From an uncultured virus (IMG/VR IMGVR_UViG_3300042463_000956) (Duplodnaviria > Heunggongvirae > Uroviricota > Caudoviricetes), in the IMG/VR virus record IMGVR_UViG_3300042463_000956, positions 58,542 to 78,541 of that record: DNA of 20,000 nucleotides. One strand, written 5' to 3'. This document shows, in pieces, positions 16,008-20,000 of this stretch. The translations under genes were made by a program, and so were the position numbers. The notes under the pieces are model-generated. The model was not told the DNA's origin and made no database searches. It saw only the letters and a list, made by a program, of their open reading frames with translations. Each line of letters starts with the position of its first letter. The first letter of the stretch is position 1.

Positions 16008-17531
16008 TTATCTTGTTGAGTATAAATAATTTATTGTGTTGTAAACAACTTGTGGATGAACAACTGGTGTTTCTGTTGGTGCCATACCGTGTTTTTTCTT
16101 ATAGTGTTCTGTACCAACTCTAAAATTTTCATTCCATTCTGGTGTTCTGGCAATTGTACTTTCCTGTATTGAATTTGGAATGTCGGTTAAAAACTTCCAA
16201 CTATTTTCAATGTCGGCAAAATACCAGAAAGGAGGATGGAATTTATTTTTAATTGCTTGGTAAGTGTGTTCTACGTGTTCCCAAGCATTTTTAAATACTG
16301 GATCAAATAAACCAATCTTGTCTAAAACCGATTTGTGGTAATATGAAAAAGCACCAACACAGTTTGGATAAAGAACAATTTTAATTCCTTCTGGATAAGG
16401 CATAATCATTCTTGGGTTTGGTTCACCATCAACATCTTGTCTATCTTCAAGTGTTGTAAAACCAGTTGATCCTTTTTTATTTGCTGGTCCGTGTAATGCA
16501 AAATTTAAATGTTTTATACCAGATAAAACTGAATGTCTAATATATTCTTCAAAAACTTTTTCATCTTTAATTAAAATATCATCTTCCATTAAAAATATGT
16601 GTTCACATCCTTGTTCTAAAAGATATTTCATTGCGGTATTTTTTGCCGCACCAACACACTGGTTTTTTTCGTGTTGTATGATGTGTGCTTGTTCTGGATA
16701 TGAAGAGCTATCGTATGGTGTACCATCGTTTACAATTACAAAATTCTTCATCCATTTTGGTACCGTAAATGCCGATTGTTTTATTCTATGTTCGGCTTTA
16801 TATGTGGTCATACCAATACCAACTTTAGATATATCAAGGACCATCTTTTCTTCCAAAGTTTTATTATTTGTTAATCTAATTGGTATAGCTTCTTTATACT
16901 TTTCTTCGAACTTAATTTTATTTTTTTCCCATTGTTCATTTGTTTGACCAATAGACATATGCGTCACACGAATTTGTGTTGTAACAGCAAGTTTAACACC
17001 ATTCAAATAGTTTTCAAGACAAAAAGGAATTTCATAAAAATGGAAACCTTCAAATGAGTCATCAAATCCCCTTTGGATTCTTGTCTTATCAACAGCAAAA
17101 AATAATCCATCAAGAACAACAACTTCTTTTAGTTTGTTTCCCTGGTCTTGTGAATAAGTATTTGTCCATTTTTTACCTTCGTGTTTGTGTGAAACAATAC
17201 CAGTCATTGATTCTTTTAGTGTCCACCAACGACCATCAATTAAATCTGTTGTCCCAGCAATTCCAATTATACCAAACTCTGGATTTTTATTAAAAAGCTT
17301 TAATAATTTTTCACCCCAATTATTTGTATCAAACTCAATATCATCGTGACAAAAAACCACAATATTATTTTGAGCTTCATTTAATATTTCGTTGTAAACT
17401 TGAGCAAGTCCTTTTTCACCGTTATTAACTTTTTCAATAACCTCAATTTTCTTTCCACCACCACAAGCTTTTTTATAATATTCTATTAAAGTTGGGTTAT
17501 GTTGTCTTGTTGAATATCCTATTGTAATCAT
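16008..17531 (-). CDS. Two-domain glycosyltransferase (tandem GT-A/GT2-like domains)
   Basis: Domain 1: LAQVYNE, VFCHDDI, GIIGIAG, VVVLDGLFFAV, FDDSFEGFHFYE. Domain 2 from about aa 237: VGIGMTTY, IVNDGT, GAAKN, HIFLMEDDI, IGLFDPVF...EHVEH. Confidence 0.85.
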   Translation of the reverse strand: MITIGYSTRQHNPTLIEYYKKACGGGKKIEVIEKVNNGEKGLAQVYNEILNEAQNNIVVFCHDDIEFDTNNWGEKLLKLFNKNPEFGIIGIAGTTDLIDGRWWTLKESMTGIVSHKHEGKKWTNTYSQDQGNKLKEVVVLDGLFFAVDKTRIQRGFDDSFEGFHFYEIPFCLENYLNGVKLAVTTQIRVTHMSIGQTNEQWEKNKIKFEEKYKEAIPIRLTNNKTLEEKMVLDISKVGIGMTTYKAEHRIKQSAFTVPKWMKNFVIVNDGTPYDSSSYPEQAHIIQHEKNQCVGAAKNTAMKYLLEQGCEHIFLMEDDILIKDEKVFEEYIRHSVLSGIKHLNFALHGPANKKGSTGFTTLEDRQDVDGEPNPRMIMPYPEGIKIVLYPNCVGAFSYYHKSVLDKIGLFDPVFKNAWEHVEHTYQAIKNKFHPPFWYFADIENSWKFLTDIPNSIQESTIARTPEWNENFRVGTEHYKKKHGMAPTETPVVHPQVVYNTINYLYSTR

Positions 17532-18091
17532 ATTCCTGTACTTCCAAATCCTTTATCAGACCTATCTTTGTCTTCTACGTTTTTAATTTCTTTTAATCTA
17601 ACCCACCTTCCGCTAACAACAGGACATAAAACAGCTTGTGCGACCTTTTGTCCTTTTAATATTTTTACATTACTATTTGTTGTGTTAAAAAGTATAACTT
17701 TAATTTCACCTGTATATCCCTGGTCAACAGTACCTGGTGAATTTAAAACCATCAATCCTTGTTTAAGTGCCAAACCACTTTTTGATCTAACTTGGATTTC
17801 ATAATTTTCTGGTATATCAACTCGTAATCCGGTCGGTACTAATACTCTTCCAAATGGTTCAATTGTTAATTCTTCTGTTGAATATAAATCAAATCCAGAA
17901 TCTGATGGATATGCGTATTCTGGCGTTAATACTCCATTGTTTTCTTTTGAAAATTTTAAATCTATTGTCGGTTGATAAACACCAAGTTCTTTTTCAAGGG
18001 TTTCAACGTCTATTCCAAATTCATTTAATATTTTATTGTAATCAATATCTGCGATTGAATCGTCAAACAAATTTTCTATATTATCACTCAT
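17528..18091 (-). CDS. dut: dUTP diphosphatase (trimeric dUTPase) with acidic N-terminal extension
   Basis: All five motifs are present: SGFDL, RSKSGLA, GTVDQGYTGEI, VAQ, RSDKGFGSTG. Confidence 0.96.
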   Translation of the reverse strand: MSDNIENLFDDSIADIDYNKILNEFGIDVETLEKELGVYQPTIDLKFSKENNGVLTPEYAYPSDSGFDLYSTEELTIEPFGRVLVPTGLRVDIPENYEIQVRSKSGLALKQGLMVLNSPGTVDQGYTGEIKVILFNTTNSNVKILKGQKVAQAVLCPVVSGRWVRLKEIKNVEDKDRSDKGFGSTGI

Positions 18092-18789
18092 TCTAAACTT
18101 TTTAATTTCATTATTGCTTCGATTAATACCTCCACATCTTTTTCACAGTATTCTGTAATTTCTTTTATTTTTTGTTCTTCCCAGTATGCAGAATGTACAT
18201 TAGCACCAGTTATTTCACCGTCCTTTGGTGTTGGTATATTAAGACAAGAACATAATAAATCTAAAGAACCTATTGATGTATAAGAACCATACTGCCAAAT
18301 TTCTTTTGTATCAATTGCTTTTATTTCCCAAGGTTTTGTATCATAAGACGGAAGAATTTTTGAGGGGCGGATTCCATTTATAATCATTCTTTTTGCAAGC
18401 ATCGGAATATCAAAATTCTTTAAGTTATGACCGCAAAGATAAAACCCAAGGTTTTCACATCTATCAAGTAATGTTCTAACTTCTTTTAATAGTTTTTTTT
18501 CATCTTCACCAGAAAAAGATTGTTTTTTTGTTTCGCCGTTATCTAAAACAAATGCAACAGATACACAAACAATTTTTGCAAACTCTGGAACAAGTGCCGC
18601 TCTTTTTGTAAAAACTTCGTCTTTTGTTAAACCATTGTCTTCTGGAAATCTTTTTAAAAACCAATCAAAATATTTATTAAACTGGTCCGCAATTTCTGGA
18701 CTAAACTTTTGACAGGATTCAAAATCTGGACAACCACCAACAGTTTCAATATCTAGAAATAAAATTTTTGTTATTGGAATATTAATCAT
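18088..18789 (-). CDS. Stand-alone DEDD 3'-5' exonuclease (PolB exonuclease-like)
   Basis: ExoI FLDIETV, ExoII GHNLKNFDIP, IDT..IW, ExoIII YCEKDV. Confidence 0.88.
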   Translation of the reverse strand: MINIPITKILFLDIETVGGCPDFESCQKFSPEIADQFNKYFDWFLKRFPEDNGLTKDEVFTKRAALVPEFAKIVCVSVAFVLDNGETKKQSFSGEDEKKLLKEVRTLLDRCENLGFYLCGHNLKNFDIPMLAKRMIINGIRPSKILPSYDTKPWEIKAIDTKEIWQYGSYTSIGSLDLLCSCLNIPTPKDGEITGANVHSAYWEEQKIKEITEYCEKDVEVLIEAIMKLKSLE

Positions 18790-18791
18790 TT

Positions 18792-20000
18792 TTATTTAAT
18801 TAAAGATTTGTAAAATTGTGCTCTTGTTTCTGTAACTTTATTTAAGTCGTATCTATCCTTTACTGTTTCATACAATCTTTCACCAAGATCTGTAATCATA
18901 TTAGGATTTTCAACTAACTTTTTAATATTTTTTGCCCAATCACTGTGATTATTATTTTCATTTACAAGTAATGCGTTTCCATCTGTAAATTGTCCATTCT
19001 TAAGTGCATGTTTTAAATCAATCGTGTAGGGACCAACATTTGATGCAATTAATGCTTTTTTATAAAACCCAGCCTCAATAACTTTAAGTTGAGACTTCAT
19101 TCGGTTAAAGATATGGTTTTTAATTGGTGCTAAAGAAATATCAAATTTAGAATAGTTTTTTGCATAACTTGTGACAGGTCTTGTCCAAACTCTAACATAG
19201 TTTTCATCTAAAACACCAGGATAATCATTTTCTGTAAATGTATCTAAATAATCTTTGTACTTTGGTGTAATAATTTTGTAATTGTCTGTAAAAATTTGTT
19301 CGTATTTAACCCAAACAGTTTCTTCTGGTTTTATTGATCTTTGTGTTTTTTGTCCTGTTTGTTGGTTAATTTCTGTTACAGTACCACGAATATCAAAACC
19401 ACAAACATAATATTGTAATTTATCTTGGAATGGTGAAAGTTTAGAAACCATACCATCAAGTAATTTTAAATCGTGTAAGTGTGAAGAACCACCTAGCCAA
19501 CCAATTCTAATTTTATCAGACGTTGGTGTTGGTTCATTAAATTGTGGGTCAGCTGGGTCAACAGCATTTGGTAATACAATTACATTTTTATTGTATTTTT
19601 TTATCTCATTTGCAAAAAGTTCTGTTGTTGTAATAACACAATCAGCCGCTTTAAGATTTGTTGTTATCTTTTCGTGTAATTTGTTTTGAATAATCAACTG
19701 ATGAATCGGATGTTCTTTTGTTGGTAACCAATAATCATCAATATCAGCAACAACAACAATACCCATTGATTGTAACATTTTTATTATGTTAGGGCAGTTA
19801 TCATAATCAGTCCCGATACTTCTATGAAAATGTACAATTTGGTATTTTTTCCAGTAATTTATATCATTTATTTTTGGTTCGTAGTCAATATCCACATGGA
19901 AATCATCTGGATACATATTTTGTAATTTAACGTGGGGGTCAACTGATCTGAATTTTCCTACTCCTGATTGGTCACTAGGGAGTACTAGTACATTTATCTT
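18792..20000 (-). CDS. Glycosyltransferase, GT-B fold (GT4-like), 5' end outside the window
   Basis: DIDDYW, VLPNAVD, IGWLGGSSHLHDL, DISLAPI...FNRMKSQLKVIEAG...IASNVGPY. The frame stays open upstream of the tracked ATG at 19916 to the window edge (KINVLVLPSDQSGVGKFRSVDPHVKLQN), supplying the expected first beta-strand and Gly-rich loop. Confidence 0.85.
   Translation of the reverse strand, partial: KINVLVLPSDQSGVGKFRSVDPHVKLQNMYPDDFHVDIDYEPKINDINYWKKYQIVHFHRSIGTDYDNCPNIIKMLQSMGIVVVADIDDYWLPTKEHPIHQLIIQNKLHEKITTNLKAADCVITTTELFANEIKKYNKNVIVLPNAVDPADPQFNEPTPTSDKIRIGWLGGSSHLHDLKLLDGMVSKLSPFQDKLQYYVCGFDIRGTVTEINQQTGQKTQRSIKPEETVWVKYEQIFTDNYKIITPKYKDYLDTFTENDYPGVLDENYVRVWTRPVTSYAKNYSKFDISLAPIKNHIFNRMKSQLKVIEAGFYKKALIASNVGPYTIDLKHALKNGQFTDGNALLVNENNNHSDWAKNIKKLVENPNMITDLGERLYETVKDRYDLNKVTETRAQFYKSLIK

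Noticed and set aside
6447..17531. Ordinary bacterial O-antigen/capsule locus
   Set aside because: No wzx/wzy/wzz/ABC transporter or initiating transferase, and the flanks are phage-type genes rather than housekeeping genes. Not fully excluded without the rest of the contig.
16597..18096. Plus-strand ORFs 16597-16947, 17054-17293, 17568-17804 and 17854-18096
   Set aside because: Antisense to the double GT and dut genes; no recognisable protein features.
19914..19916. ATG at 19916 as the start of the last glycosyltransferase
   Set aside because: The frame is open to the window edge and encodes the expected N-terminal strand and loop, so the real start is upstream of 20000.
1..20000. Eukaryotic giant virus (NCLDV) origin
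   Set aside because: Overlapping operon-like genes, almost no intergenic space and a sigma-like factor indicate a prokaryotic expression system.
1..20000. tRNAs, CRISPR arrays, tandem repeats, introns/inteins, intrinsic terminators
   Set aside because: No non-coding space over 11 nt, no repeat units seen by eye, and the enzymes have normal lengths with no intein or homing-endonuclease motifs.

Overview
AT-rich, gene-dense window in which about 24 genes lie head-to-tail on the minus strand, mostly with overlapping stop/start codons and no obvious Shine-Dalgarno sequences. The gene set (PhoH, trimeric dUTPase, stand-alone PolB-type 3'-5' exonuclease, gp55-like phage sigma factor, several hypotheticals) points to a large tailed dsDNA phage rather than a bacterial chromosome. 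This is an inference, as no capsid or large terminase gene is in the window. The main feature is a large glycosylation locus with no apparent membrane components. It holds nine glycosyltransferase genes (ten GT domains: GT2, GT4-like, GT7-like, and the three fucosyltransferase-type families GT10, GT11 and GT23/NodZ-like), a Gmd + ColD-like (His in place of the PLP Lys) + Fcl/ColC-like set that could make GDP-L-colitose and/or GDP-L-fucose, a WbiB-like epimerase, an O-acetyltransferase, and an adjacent MycE-like + TylF/MycF-like sugar O-methyltransferase pair. There is no flippase, polymerase or lipid-carrier transferase, which suggests cytoplasmic glycosylation of a phage target (virion proteins or DNA). 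Two genes run off the window ends: a 594+ aa ORF at 1..1782 missing from the ORF track, and a GT4-like gene whose true start lies beyond 20000. All family calls come from motif recognition by eye; no database searches were run.
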